A stretch of 52,791 nt of DNA, filler included, from Sphacelaria rigidula (taxonomy: Eukaryota): NCBI GenBank assembly GCA_964200075.2. It is 3 parts of 3 records of this genome, joined end to end, with 100 filler letters (N's around TTAATTAATTAA, not from the genome) between each part and the next. Parts side by side here need not be neighbours in the genome. Positions count along the whole stretch, not along the records: positions 1 to 17,532 come from CAXNAA020001054.1; positions 17,633 to 35,164 come from CAXNAA020001055.1; 1 more part is not named here. One strand, 5' to 3'. Position 1 is the stretch's first letter. Each line of letters opens with the position of its first letter. A program made the position numbers and the translations under genes. This document shows positions 12,720 through 25,250 of this stretch, piece after piece. Under the pieces are notes generated by a model that saw only the letters and a list, made by a program, of their open reading frames with translations, made no database searches and was not told the origin of the DNA.

Positions 12720-12960
12720 CAACAAGAGGTTTCCCCGCCAGCGGGAGAATGAGGCGGGCGGCGAGGATGTTCGGGACCAGACCCTCAAGCATACCCCTCT
12801 AGTGAAAGAATTCGAGCAGAAGAAGGAGCAGGGTGTAAAGGTTCACACCCTGCTCCTTCTCATGCTTGCACCACTTGCGCAGAGGGGAATTGCTCCACGC
12901 GGTTGTCCCGAACATTCCCGCCACCCGGGTCAAATCCCGCTCGCGGACAACCCTTGTCTG
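12720..12960. repeat. Diverged foldback with a perfect 16-bp central stem
   Basis: agaaggagcagggtgt (12821-12836) pairs with acaccctgctccttct (12845-12860). Imperfect arms extend ~115 bp on each side (atgttcgggac / gtcccgaacat). Confidence 0.7.
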
Positions 12961-12965
12961 TGACC

Positions 12966-13271
12966 AGTTCCCCACTTGGTCGGACAAGAAAAATTCTCGG
13001 AAACATATTTTCTCGAACTAACGCCCTGACCCTAACACCAACCCATACCGAGAACCCTCGGGCGAGGGGGAGGCAAATGGTTCCGTAGGCAAAGTGCGGC
13101 GTTGACCGACCTCAAATGGGCGCCGCAGGCGCCCATTTGAACAAAAACGCGTTCTGCATATGCTAGAAGCACTTGGGAATGTCGGCCCCACTAAAGATTC
13201 GAACCTCGGTGTTCACACTCAAATCAAATGACAAAATTCCGAGAAAGTTCCATCCGACCAGGTGATGAACT
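12966..13271. mobile_element. MITE-like element (copy 2 of the 3666-3951 family)
   Basis: TIR agttccccacttggtcgga / tccgaccaggtgatgaact. Shares ataccgagaaccctcg, aggcaaagt and aaacgcgttctg with copy 1. Confidence 0.7.
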
Positions 13272-15694
13272 CTGCTGGATTGTTTGCACTACAGCCCCCT
13301 TCATTCAGACGTGCGGTTCAGTGGGTGCGTGATACACCCAAACAAGGCAGAGGGTTTCATCTCATTGTAATATTTTCCATTCTGTCTCAGTGAAAAGCTC
13401 ACCCCTGTCAAGGCAACAAGTAAATATAGGTGCGAGTACAAAATGTGCCTTGTAAACTTACGCTAAGTGTGTGTTTTTTGTGTGTGTCCAGGTATAGTGG
13501 GAACACAGAATCAGTTCCGTCTCAAAGGTATTTGCTCGTGACCTCTCGGCAGCCTTTCTCGGGTGCGAACACGGACAGATTGACCATGCCCTTCGAAGTT
13601 TTGCATACTGCTGCCCAAAACGCTTCCGGCACACTTCGGCGACTTCCGATGGACGCAGTCAGACTCCGGGTCGAAAAAACAAAAACACGCAGCACGACTA
13701 CACTCTGAGAGAAGACAAACAATCAAAATTGCCTTGATACTCGAGGGCACTTTTCTATCCATATTTCCGAAGCTGTTTAGAGATAAAGTTAGGCCCGTTT
13801 AGCTCGGCGTGTATTGATCATGAGGCAAATGGTTCACATAGTCATCACTCGCAGGAGTTGGTCAGGATTCGTACGCGAAATCGAGAAAAGCAACCAGTTC
13901 GTTCTCAGAGCTGAGATAAAAATGCACGGAAGTGCTCCAAGCGTTTGTTGATTTGCACAAGGATGCGGTCCAGGGTGTATTCCACATTCCAGCGCAAGCA
14001 TTGTGCACCCACCGCGAAAAACTCACAAAAACCCCAATCATAATCATTTTTACTCACACGCACTCATTCCAGCTAGGTACCCCCATGAATATACCACAGT
14101 ACTATGCACTGCACCTTTCGTTACTGAACCAAAATTGCAAAAATATGCATCGCCATCATCCACAAACCGTAAAGGAAAAGTACGCAACGTGTAGTAATTA
14201 CCCCATTATATTATACTCAGCAGTACACCTATCAGGCGTGTAGCGCTGATCTACTGGATTTGATCTCACATGACGACAAGGGCAGTCACAATTGAGACAC
14301 TCACCACCCACGATCGCCGGATACCAGTGCGTAATACCCCAGGAACAACAACCCGCAAACAAACCGCTGCGTGGTAAAGGGCTACCATACCACTTGACAC
14401 ACTTCAGCATACCAGGAATAAAATTGCAAAAACATCCTCAACGGACAACCACACAGGGTTTGATAGTCGACCGTCTCCATGGTAGCTCATGTATCACTAC
14501 TGGATTCCGTAGGTCGTACGACCTGGGTCTCGTTTGTCTTTGTTTACTCATGTCTATCGATGTCAACGTTAAGAAACGGCGAAAATGTTACACCAACTCC
14601 ACGCGAGATCACTTCTCATCATCCTCAAACCCAGACGGTGAAAACAACTCGCATCAAGGGGCAGTTTGGACCCGAGTAAAAACATGCCGGAACCGCTAGA
14701 AAGCAAAGTAGTAACGGGTATTAACCTCAAGACCAGACGTTTAAAACGGGGAAAACACGCTTTACAATATTGAACCAAGCACACCCAGCTACCAGGCACT
14801 TCTCGAGTGGACGAATGGGAGAGGTTTAATATTTTGTGCAGCGCACCTTACAAACTCGAAAATGACGCATGGCTTGAAAGTAGCAAAACAGCACGCAATT
14901 ATACCTTACGCGATAGGTACCGCTTCTCTCACTCCTACCCCTGACATGCCGCTCCACGCGTGCTACCCCGGCCCCGATAGCACGCCACATACATTACGTA
15001 CATGCACAGACCACGATCATAACAGAGTCTTTCCTAACCTCATACTTACCTCATACGTGGAGGATGTATCGCACGTAGCATATCTTTGATCGTCCAGTGC
15101 TAGATCATGTGCTGTAATAATGTCGCACGACGGGTAAGCATTGCTACTAGAGCATATACGACGACTGCCGCCACCTCATATGCCCTTTTTCGCTTCGACA
15201 ATACCACCTAGGTTCCTTTCTACAATCCGAACACCCTAGACAGGAGTCCGTTTTAGGTACCACCCTTCACGCGTGTATGGTGCTACAGAATTCAACATCT
15301 CCTCCTTCATAGCGGTAGAACAATCCCATTGGGCACAAACTACACTGAGAACTCTGCACTATACACCGCCAAATAACTGCGTAACGAATAGCGGACATTT
15401 TCCAACGCCTCAGCTTCCGCGGCGGGGAGTGTTCTACTGCTGACGTACAAGTCTGTACGGACATATCCGCCACGTTTCCGGCTTTTTCGCGTCACATCGT
15501 ACAGTATCTACAACCATACCAGGACCATGATATCCCTCATCGAATCTCAGCCGAAAGCAGAATTCGCCAAATAACGTTTGTCTTCACGCCCGTCTACTGG
15601 TGCACTCTGAAGAAGCCGCGTGATTCCGTCCCCTTGCACAAGAAAATCCCTCCCCATTCTCCACCCACATCACCGCCGCCTACTGGACCCGACT

Positions 15695-16702
15695 TCACGG
15701 CCTCCAAGGGGGCCTCATCTGCTGGCCAGGCTGGCCGCGGCATTTCCTTGTCTTAGCGGTAGGGCCCGGCGCCCGTCTCACACGCGCTACCACCCTCTCC
15801 GGCTCTCGCCGTCCGTTGTGCTCCTTTGCCCCGATGGTACCCCCGACTCCCGGCGCCCTCGCTGAACGCGCAGCATGGAGCTCCGCTGTTCGTGCTTGGC
15901 TCGCTGCAGTCGCCATCATCGCTCTCCCTCCAGTTTGCTTCCTACTCGTAGTTTCCCTCCCTTCCTTCCCGCCCCCCCGCCGCGAAAGCGTCGAGTGGGG
16001 CTCAGGGCTCGTCGCTTCTGAGGCCACTCGGTTCGTGCCTCGTCGCCGGACACGTGCCTCAGCCGCCGGCGGCATCCACGTCTTTCCCCCCTTCCGTGGT
16101 CTTCTGATTACCGAGTGACCGCTCCCACCACCCTTCTCCCTCACCAGTCGCACTCTTTCTACTAATGGGTCCAACGCCGCCCCCCCCATCATTTGCCCTG
16201 CCGGCGTCCCAGCAGCTCTCGCGGTTGTCACGGTCATGGGTGGTGTGCCCCAAGCAGCACGCCGGGTCGCGGAATGACCGATGCCCTCCACGCGGGGCCT
16301 TGCCGCGCTAGATCGAACCGCGGGACTGGCGTGAGGCTGGTCGTTGCTGTATATCTCACTCATACCGCGGAAGCTCTCCTCACCGCCGAAACTGCGTGCC
16401 GGGCTGTTCATCGTGCCATTCAACGGCGATGACGCCATCCCTATGCTCGTGGCCGGTGCTCCATGCGCCAAACTCCGGTTCGCCTGGTGAGCGAAGCCAT
16501 CCGCGCAAAATGTTGCTGAAGGAAAACGACCATCACCACTCGCGGCGACCTGGCCCTTGTCATCCACCTCCCTCTTCCAACGGAGGTTCTCCCTTTTGGC
16601 CGTGCCCATCGCCCCGTCCTGAGTGCTGCGCGACGGCGGTGGCGCTACCCCTGCTGACCACGCAGATGTCGGGCTGTCTGGAGGCGACTTATCCCACCCG
16701 TG
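15695..16702 (-). CDS. Probable terminal exon of a host gene; low-complexity R/G/A/S/P-rich protein segment
   Basis: Strong acceptor on the minus strand (tttttgtttttgttttcctgacag|CAC at 16702). Phase-0 open frame of 335 codons to TGA at 15695 (HGWDKSPPDSP...MRPPWRP). GC-rich island. Confidence 0.6.
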   Translation of the reverse strand, partial: HGWDKSPPDSPTSAWSAGVAPPPSRSTQDGAMGTAKRENLRWKREVDDKGQVAASGDGRFPSATFCADGFAHQANRSLAHGAPATSIGMASSPLNGTMNSPARSFGGEESFRGMSEIYSNDQPHASPAVRSSAARPRVEGIGHSATRRAAWGTPPMTVTTARAAGTPAGQMMGGAALDPLVERVRLVREKGGGSGHSVIRRPRKGGKTWMPPAAEARVRRRGTNRVASEATSPEPHSTLSRRGGGKEGRETTSRKQTGGRAMMATAASQARTAELHAARSARAPGVGGTIGAKEHNGRREPERVVARVRRAPGPTAKTRKCRGQPGQQMRPPWRP

Positions 16703-17532
16703 CTGTCAGGAAAACAAAAACAAAAACAAAAACAGAAGGGGAAGGCCAAGGAGCGATTATACGAAACACAGCACGCCACATCAAAAGTGTGCTATTATTG
16801 GTTACAATGACGAACCTGCTCGAAAGTATTCCACGAAGTTCGATAAGCCGCGTTAACACTCTGATTCGACCGAGGATGAGGAAGGTACGAGGTAGGTACC
16901 AGGGGAGGGATGGGTTGAGTCCCCGACTTCACGGACTTGTCTCGAGGATGAGGGGGATTACACCCCCTCCACAATGCAGAACACACACACACACACACAC
17001 ACAGCTACACGAATTCACCAACCAAGCGGAACAGAGACGTGCAAATGTCGTAGAGCGCAACAGCCGGGTCCAACCCGCATGTGTCCAAACTCATGATTCA
17101 TTCCACAACCATGCCAATCGATCTGTCTGGACCACCCAGATGCTTCCAGAAGGGATACCTAAACTCCGTCTGCCTTCCCGGTGTGTCACAAGATGAATAC
17201 GCGCAAAGTCACCGCACAAGTACACAGGGACACTGTTTCCGTTGTGGAATGATGTTTATCTTCACTCAAAACGTTGATCCTGGCGTAAAGCAAGGAGTCC
17301 CATCTCACAGAAACCAGCGTCACACCCACAATTTTGCTCCAACACAAGGATGCGGGGAAAGGGGGTAGGACGTACTTTGAGGTGGGTGGGGGGGAGGCGT
17401 ACTCATTTGATGCTTGCCTTAGTTGTTTGATCATTGACCGCGCAATACTTTGGGGGGGGGGGGGGGGGGGGGGTCCTCATGATCATGCCTGCCATAGTCC
17501 TAAACCCATTGAACTCGCCCCCCTACAAAGCC

Positions 17533-17632
17533 NNNNNNNNNNNNNNNNNNNNNNNNNNNNNNNNNNNNNNNNNNNNTTAATTAATTAANNNNNNNNNNNN
17601 NNNNNNNNNNNNNNNNNNNNNNNNNNNNNNNN
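17533..17632. other. Assembly spacer N44-TTAATTAATTAA-N44
   Basis: 100-bp gap containing a stop-in-all-frames linker; identical to the spacer at 35165-35264. Confidence 0.97.
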
Positions 17633-19036
17633 CCCCCCCCTCCCCTTCCCCCTCCCCCTCTCCCTTTACAAAAATAAAGAGATGCTTATTTTCCTCTGGC
17701 AGCGAGGCGTTTTTTTCATTAACTGTTTGGGAATATTTTACGCTATTCGCTGAGACGTTTTGGGATTGTTCGCCATGAGTGGGGAGCATGAGTAGGCGAC
17801 GCAATGGCCCTTGCTGTAGCATACGCCTGGCACACAGCCTGAATCTGAGGCAGAAGCACGAATGAACTTCTGATACCATCGTCCCTGATTAGACAGGGCA
17901 TAGCTCGAGTCGTGGCTGTTGATCAACTACGTACAGGACGTTCTCGGCTGGGGTCAAATGGATTCAAAATTGAATGAAGCATGGTGACTTCTGTCAGACA
18001 GGCGCCGTGCTACACGAGCACAAAAATGTACAACAACGCCTCCATCGTGAGCAACTTTATTGACGCAAACACGGTCGCCCCTCTTCCAATACCGAACGGA
18101 TTGCCGTGGAATAAACAATGCTGTGTGTAGATGAGAGCTGTTGCTAGGCGTACTGCTTTATGCTGCCGATGTCTATGCGTGTTTGTTCGGACTCGGTTGT
18201 GTAGGTGTAACGTGCTTCAATCACGTGTTCCAGGCAAGCCCGTTGTGGTTCCTGTCGAGATTTGTAGACCTCTGTCAGACTGCGTCCAGCAGTGCCGGAA
18301 GAAGCACCCCTCTCGAAGGCCCATCATTATCGGCAATATTTTTTCGGAGATCTCTGAAGTTATCGGGACTGGCAAGGTGCCTGACCATTCTCGAATGCTT
18401 GCGAGCGGCACGGCTTATTCACGGGGCAGCTCTCCAAAGTGCTGAGTTGCAGTCCGAATATTTGGGACTTCTCCAAACATAATAAAGCTTCGGAGAGAAA
18501 ATCAAGTCACTTCATTCTCGGAGAAGTCTGGGCGTAGTGTCCGAAAACTCCGACAAATTCTGGGATCTCTCAAAAAAGCATATAATAAAGGGCCTAAGAA
18601 AAGCCCGTCTTTTTTTTGTAAGGGCCCAAACTGGTCGTTGTGGACGAAAAAACCTCGTCAGGAGCTCTATTTTGTTGGGGGGGCGTTGTCTCGAAAAGAC
18701 ACGGACTCAAAGCTAATGTGAAGAAAGGAGTGATGCTGAGATAGAGGAGGGCTGTTTGATTCCGCGATAAACAGGGGGCTCACAGGTGTGTCAGGCGACG
18801 TAACTACTCGCGGCGCGTTCGTAATTGTGTGATGACGATGTCAAGTGGTATGAATGAGTGTGTCCTATTGGCAACACGCGCGCGTTCGAACAAACGTTGC
18901 TGCTTTCAACGACGGTTTGGGATGGAATTTGGCCCAAAATACCCCTCCCCCTCCTCTATCGTAGCATCACTCAGAGAGGAGACGGTTTTATGACGTCCCT
19001 TCGCCGAAATCCGTGGTTGACACGCGTATATATATA

Positions 19037-19555
19037 CTTACTCTGTCCCATAAGTAAAGGTACCTGAATTTGTACGGGCCCTTAACGATGTCCGATCGTT
19101 TCTTTTTTTATGAACTTTACGGTGTTTTTTGGGTAGAGACAATGTGTTTAAAATTTGCAGCTCGTGCTTGAACCATGCCGCCGAACGGCTGCAAAAAAAG
19201 TAGGCGGCCCGAAAATGGCCGTGTTTTGCCCCTTTTCGAGGGAAAAAAAGTGTCGATTGAAAAAAAAATCTACTCGCATGGGACTTCCTGGCAGCAAGCC
19301 CCAGTGAAGGCGGGGGCGATTGAAAAAATAAAACGACACTTTTTTTCCCCTCGGAAAGGGGCAAAAAACGGCCATTTTCGGGTCGCCTACTTTTTTTGCA
19401 GCCGTTCGGCGGCATGGTTCAAGCACGAGCTGCAAATTTTGAACACATTTTCTTAACCCAAAATACACCGTAGAGTTCATTTCAAAAACAAAAGCGGTAG
19501 GACATCGTTAAGGGCCCGTACAAATTTAGGTACGTTACTTATGGGACAGAGGAAG
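19037..19555. mobile_element. Tc1/mariner-type (Stowaway-like) foldback MITE
   Basis: Arms of ~230 bp. Termini cttactctgtcccataag and cttatgggacagaggaag resemble the Stowaway CTCCCTCYGTCCC terminus. TA on both sides (19035-36, 19556-57), within a TA-rich site. Confidence 0.88.
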
Positions 19556-22500
19556 TACATATATATATATATATATATATATTTGTTTCATCAAACGATA
19601 TCCATAACCTCAAACCCAACCCGAGGTAGACAGAGAACGACGCGACTTGGCGTCCGGCATCGATTAGATTTGATCACTGCTCGAGACCGCTCGGCATCAG
19701 TCCCCGAAAAATCAAATCTTGACATTCACGCTAAACTATCAGTGACACAATCACGAATTGCCTGGCTACGAGTTGGCGTGAACTCTGCTACCGCGAACCC
19801 GCGGGCGAGGGAATCCAGATGTTGTTGCACACTCTTGCCTTGTTAGGAAACACAAGAGTACGACCAGATACACGTGGAAACGGAATTCTCGCGTGCGCCA
19901 AGGTCAGTCACTGGCAGCCGTTACAGAAGTAGATGGCCTTTACGCCACCTGTTGTGCAGGCTGCCACTACCGGCTGTTCGTGGTAGAGGGTGTACTAGAT
20001 GAAAACATGAAGGCATTGTGGTGTGTCAGCTGCTCTTTCCGTGCTTGCGCCCTCGCTGATAGCATTCTTGTTGCTTTCGGTATGCGGAAGATAAGCGAAT
20101 CTTTGTGGGGTCATATGATATTCATGTAGGTTCACCGACCGTCGGAGAGGCCTCAGGAGAGGCCGGTGGCGAGCACTACCTTTTCTGTGGTAGATCGAAT
20201 GACTCACCCCCAAAATCTACCGGATTGGAAATCTATGTGCTCTACACCGTGTGTATATACACGGTTGACAGTAGTTGTATCACCTTTACAGTAATTTTTC
20301 TTCCCCAATAGTTGAAAAATTGACTCTGCTTCTTGACCATTTTACGCTGGTCGGCGAGTAATCTGCGGATGTGACTGGTTCAGTATCAACTAAGTAATCG
20401 TACGAATGATGAGTCGCGCCGTGGTAGCTGGAGGGTTAACGTGCATCGGCGCGCGATGATAAAGTCCGGGCAAGGATCCTCAATCTCAGCTTCAGTTGCC
20501 TGCCGCAATCCTCGAGAGCGATAGCATTCGTGCGAGTGCCATACTGGAGGGAGGTTGACAATATCACGCTTGTAAACGATCCTTCAGGATAAGGGGACGC
20601 CTTATTACTCATGCGAAGAGCTGTAAGCCCCCACCTATTCACTCGGAGCCTAAGTCAGACGGTATCGATGAAGAACGTTAAGTGATCCTCCCACCGAGGC
20701 AAGGTTACCTCATTGATCGCCTCTACGGCCACTCGGAATCAACCTCCTGCAAGCGAAGTGACTGCGTCCCGCTGCAATCATCTTCTTCAATCGCTCGGAA
20801 TTAACCTACTGCAAGCAAAGTGATAGTATGTTCAACTATCTCGGAATCTTGAACTCAACCAACTAACTCTATGTTGACACTTCCATATGTTTTTTCGCTG
20901 AATGCGCGCTTTTGCTCCCCCCTTCCAGCACCGCATCCTGCCGTATGACAGAATATCAGACGTGGACATGCAGCCTGTGCGATCTGCATTCCCATTCTTA
21001 TCTAAGAGAAATCAGACACATGCCTGATCGGCTGAATTTGTTGTACAACAGCCGACGCGGCGCGGGGATTCTGATCGCCATGATCCAATCCACGATACCA
21101 AAATTTAAGGCCGTACCGGGAGAGAGGTTGGTTGATCCTTTGAGACCACGGAGTCGTCCCGAGGAAGGGTGGACTTGCAAGTGAGAGGGGGAAAAGGTAT
21201 AAACTCATGTAGAATGCTGAAGAGCCACGCTCCTCCTCCAGCGTATCCACCTTGTGTAGATTGCAACACCACCAGGATCCCGCAAGGATCATCCCGCCAA
21301 CGAAATTCATGCTCATGAAAGCTGAAACTATTCGAGAAGTTCCTCGGCATTTAGCCCTACTCGGCCAAACGATGCCCGTCCTGCGGCCCAGCGGACGTCA
21401 CCATCTGCCGTCGTGCGCCGGGCCAAGTTAACCAGCGACAGCCGTTGGTGCGCGCGCTAGTGACACTCAAAAGAAGCGGATCATCGGTGTCGAATCAAAT
21501 GTAGAGGACGGCGGTCCCATCACAGCCACCGGGAATAAGCGTGTTGTTCGCCGTCGATTGGCGATTTTCGCCGCTTGTTCTTCGTCGTGTTTTGCAAAAA
21601 TTCTCCCGGCGCCAACCGGCCGAACAAATGGAAAAAACAAATTGCGCTGTTCAAGCTATATGCGATGGGACACACCTTGCATCGACTTCTTTCCCCAAGA
21701 TTGTTAACGAGTAAGCTCTGCCTTTACATGACCACATTTGAACTTGACTGCAGAAGTGACGATATTTGCGTGCTAATATTTGAAACGCGAAACTACACGA
21801 GGATTTCCGCTGGGTTATGACGAACCTGCTGGGCATGTAATAATCACATGGACAGCGCAACTTTCCTTAAACGCTACATAATTATGCCCAAGCGTAAGCA
21901 CCGGTGGGCCGGCACTCCCTGCTTTTTGCCATGACGGTACATTTCTTGCAGAAATGCACCAACAGTAGTCTGTTTACATCGCGACCCGGTTCAGCTGACG
22001 CTTCACGGTCGGTGTGGAAAGGCATTTGAATCGGCTCCGCCGAATAGTGCATCACAGTTTGCCTCGGACGGCGAAAGTGAAAATCGCGCATGCCATCTTT
22101 GAACTCGTTCAGAAGCATGTACGCGTAAAAACACGCGCGTCACACCCGTCATGTGGCAAGCTCTTGTTTGTTGTCTTCATCTATACCCATTGTTGTTGTG
22201 GTTATTAATGGCGATGTACACGAAGTTATCGTCCTCTTCGATGAAAGAAAGTGTATACATGCTCGTATATATGGTTCGCAACATTGGGACAACCGGTGCT
22301 GTCACCTGAGTCCTTTTCAGTCGGTCGAGTTCTTGAATACGTTATCACACGATTTGGGGTATTCCTAGGTTTGTACTTCGTTGAAGAAAAAATTCCTTCG
22401 TGGCTTAATACTGAAAATTCTCGACAGCCTATTCTGGGCCTGCCATTCTCCGAGGGTAAGCAGCATATAAGTGTGTTCACGTATATTTCATTCTGCAGCA

Positions 22501-24939
22501 CGTGTAGCTTCCCTCCCCCCCGTTCCCTCCTCGGGACGATTCCGTCGTATGAAGGGATCGAGCACTTGTTCCCGTTGACAGTCATCATCGAGTATTGCAT
22601 CAGCACCCCCGAAGCCCGTTGACTTTCATATATATATAGATATATTTTACGCCCGTCCTTACGCTTTGAAACGATTACGTCACGATTCTGCGAATTCGGA
22701 ACGGCTGTATGTTGAAGGTATCCGCGATATGTGTGGACGAGGGTTTACATATACACTATTGATTCCGAATATATTGTTGGGGGCGTTGACTATTGAAGGA
22801 TGCATCCTACAATGATTCCATTGTTGAAGGCAATTAATGCCTATCGATAAATACCCCCAGATCCATCGTTGGCGGCATAGGCTATCGATAGATGGTTCAA
22901 CAAATCTAATGATGACGGTGATGACTATCGATATAGAGTGTGTGTAATGTCCGTCGGTAGCCAGTGATCTTCATCTATTGCAATTGCTATCGACTATTGG
23001 TGGACGCTTGTAACGGCTACTGTCCCTTGCAGTACATATCAATATATATATATGTATATATATCAGCATCTATTGTGTGCGACGATGTTTATTGATCGAA
23101 TTTCCCCCGGGTCTACTGTTGAAACAATTGACTACTGTTGTGTCCATGGTCAAGAGTGTGTAACATCGGCAACGCACGAAATGTTTCTTCAACTTATTTT
23201 GTAGTTGATACGTGCAGCAGTAGGTACGTATATGGATTGGACTGTTGTTGACGATGGCAGACTCGATGCAAGCGATGGAGAATCGTCAGTAACGAAATTA
23301 CTCAGTCAGGATTGTTTTCTATGATTCACGGACTAGCATACACGTAGGAAAAAAAGCATAACTTTCGACTGAATTCTAAATGATAAGTATCACCTTTCCT
23401 CTCGCAAGAAATAAGAACATAACCATGCCTTCGAAGAGTCGATGCTCTTTTTATCTTCCAAATTTCAGGTCCAAACTCTGAAACTTCGCAGACTATGCCA
23501 GGATATGTACACTTCCGAACGACCTCGAGAACCCTGTACATCACATAATTATTTCCCCGATTATATACTGTAGTTGTTCTCGGCCATGAATTTCGGACGA
23601 CGGCCACGACTTGGTGGTCGAGCCAGGTGTTATCGTGGACCGTCTGGTATTGTCTAGCGTCAGCAACGCGCACATCGATGTTCAGGACGATACGATTCTT
23701 TGTTGCCTTCTGACAATGACAGGCTTAGGAGTGACTTTTGTGAACTGTAGGGACATCGAGTTACACGAACAACTGCTTCAAAGAAGGAGTAGGACCCGTG
23801 TAGTGTACCCAAAATACCCGACTGATTCACAACCTCGCGGGCAACAAATCAGCTGTTCCTATACCACGGATACCATGCATCTGCATGCGCACATCACGGC
23901 AGTAATGGACGGCAGAGATGGACAGACTGACAAGAACAACAACTTGACAATATGAAGAAATCCCCAAAAACCAACAGAAAACAAAACCAAGGAAGACCAG
24001 GAGAGAAAAAAATTACAGACATGAATCATACACAGGGTCAAAGCGAAGAGTATCATTTTGAAACGCAAAACCAGAACAAGAACAACCCGTTACGGAAATA
24101 AACCAAAACCAAAACTAGAGCCAAGTCCAGAAACGTCTGCTGACTCGAGAACTTCAGACGTCTGCGGCGGCGGCGATGATGAATAGCTTTATCCTGCGGG
24201 CTAGGCTTCGAGCCCCCGCCCTAGAGTCGAGGCCGTAAGAGCATCCCCCCCCCCCCCCTCATAACGCAAGGCTGTAGCGTTGTATCCGCCTGGAGATGGT
24301 GACCTGAGCGGTCACCAATACGACGTACTTGATGTGTTGGAGAAAAATACCATTTGGAGGCATAGCCCCTCTCCGTCTTGGTGCTCCACCACGCTGGGGG
24401 CTACTTCGTTCCAGGACGCCTGAGGCTTCCCACCGCTGGGTTTGGCGAGTTTGAAGCTATGCTGATCAAAGGGTTCGTGTCCTTGGCCTCCGTAGTGTGC
24501 TCGAAAAATGTTGCGGCTGCAGAGCAGCCGGATAGTGGAGGTGATTTTACTTATGCTGATCTTTGTACCAAACTGTCCCCTCACTACCCCCAGCAGGCCG
24601 TAACTCAGTTGGTCTGCTGGCACAGATAACGTGAGATGGGATGGCAAATCAGGGAGCAGGGCTCACTCCAGGCCGGTTGGATGTGCATGCACCGCTGTAT
24701 GAAATTCACCTGCCCTCGGTGCTGCGTGTTGATGCTGATCGCCACGTGTGCACCGGAAACACTTTGCTTCATCCTTTGGGACCAGCTCGTGATCGCCTGA
24801 CCTCCCCTCGCGCACCCCGCTTTCCACAGCGCCTTGCCACCGTCGCTGATGCACCGAACATCTTGAGAACTGACCAACGGCCGAGATACTTTGACATTAA
24901 ATGTACGCGTAAGGGTGCCTTTTCATCATGAATCCACGG

Positions 24940-25250
24940 ATCATGAATACATGTTTCCCACCAGGCCTTGATATGGCATGAACTGTGGGTACGCATGTAT
25001 CCCGTTTAGTTCATGCGGGATGAATCATATGTGCATGTCGCCCACCCTTGCGTTCATGCGGGATGAATAATTGATATGTGTGTCCTACCCTTAAGTTCAT
25101 GCAGGATGAACCGTGAGTACATATTCCTCCTGTCAAGTTTATGTGGGATGAATCAGGGGTACATGCTTCCTCCTTCGTTTTCATGCGGGATGACTCATGG
25201 GTACATGTAGCCCACCCTTTAGTTCATGGGGGATGAATAGTGAGAATGTA
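24940..25250. repeat. 42-43-bp tandem array with conserved hairpin core GTTCATGCGGGATGAA
   Basis: Cores at 25009, 25052, 25095, 25137, 25179 and 25222, plus degenerate units upstream. Confidence 0.88.

Noticed and set aside
16396..17196. 266-aa plus-strand ORF
   Set aside because: Antisense to the likely exon and runs through (AAAAAC)n and (AC)n microsatellites.
17577..17588. Palindrome TTAATTAATTAA (also at 35209-35220) and ORFs ending in LIN
   Set aside because: Artificial scaffolding linker centred in N runs.
19038..19480. Mirror-image ORFs MPPNGCKKSRRPENGR on both strands
   Set aside because: A consequence of the palindromic MITE.
24940..25250. CRISPR array
   Set aside because: The linkers are related to each other (g.g.acatgt..cc.ccctt), the core is only 16 bp, no cas genes are present and the context is eukaryotic.
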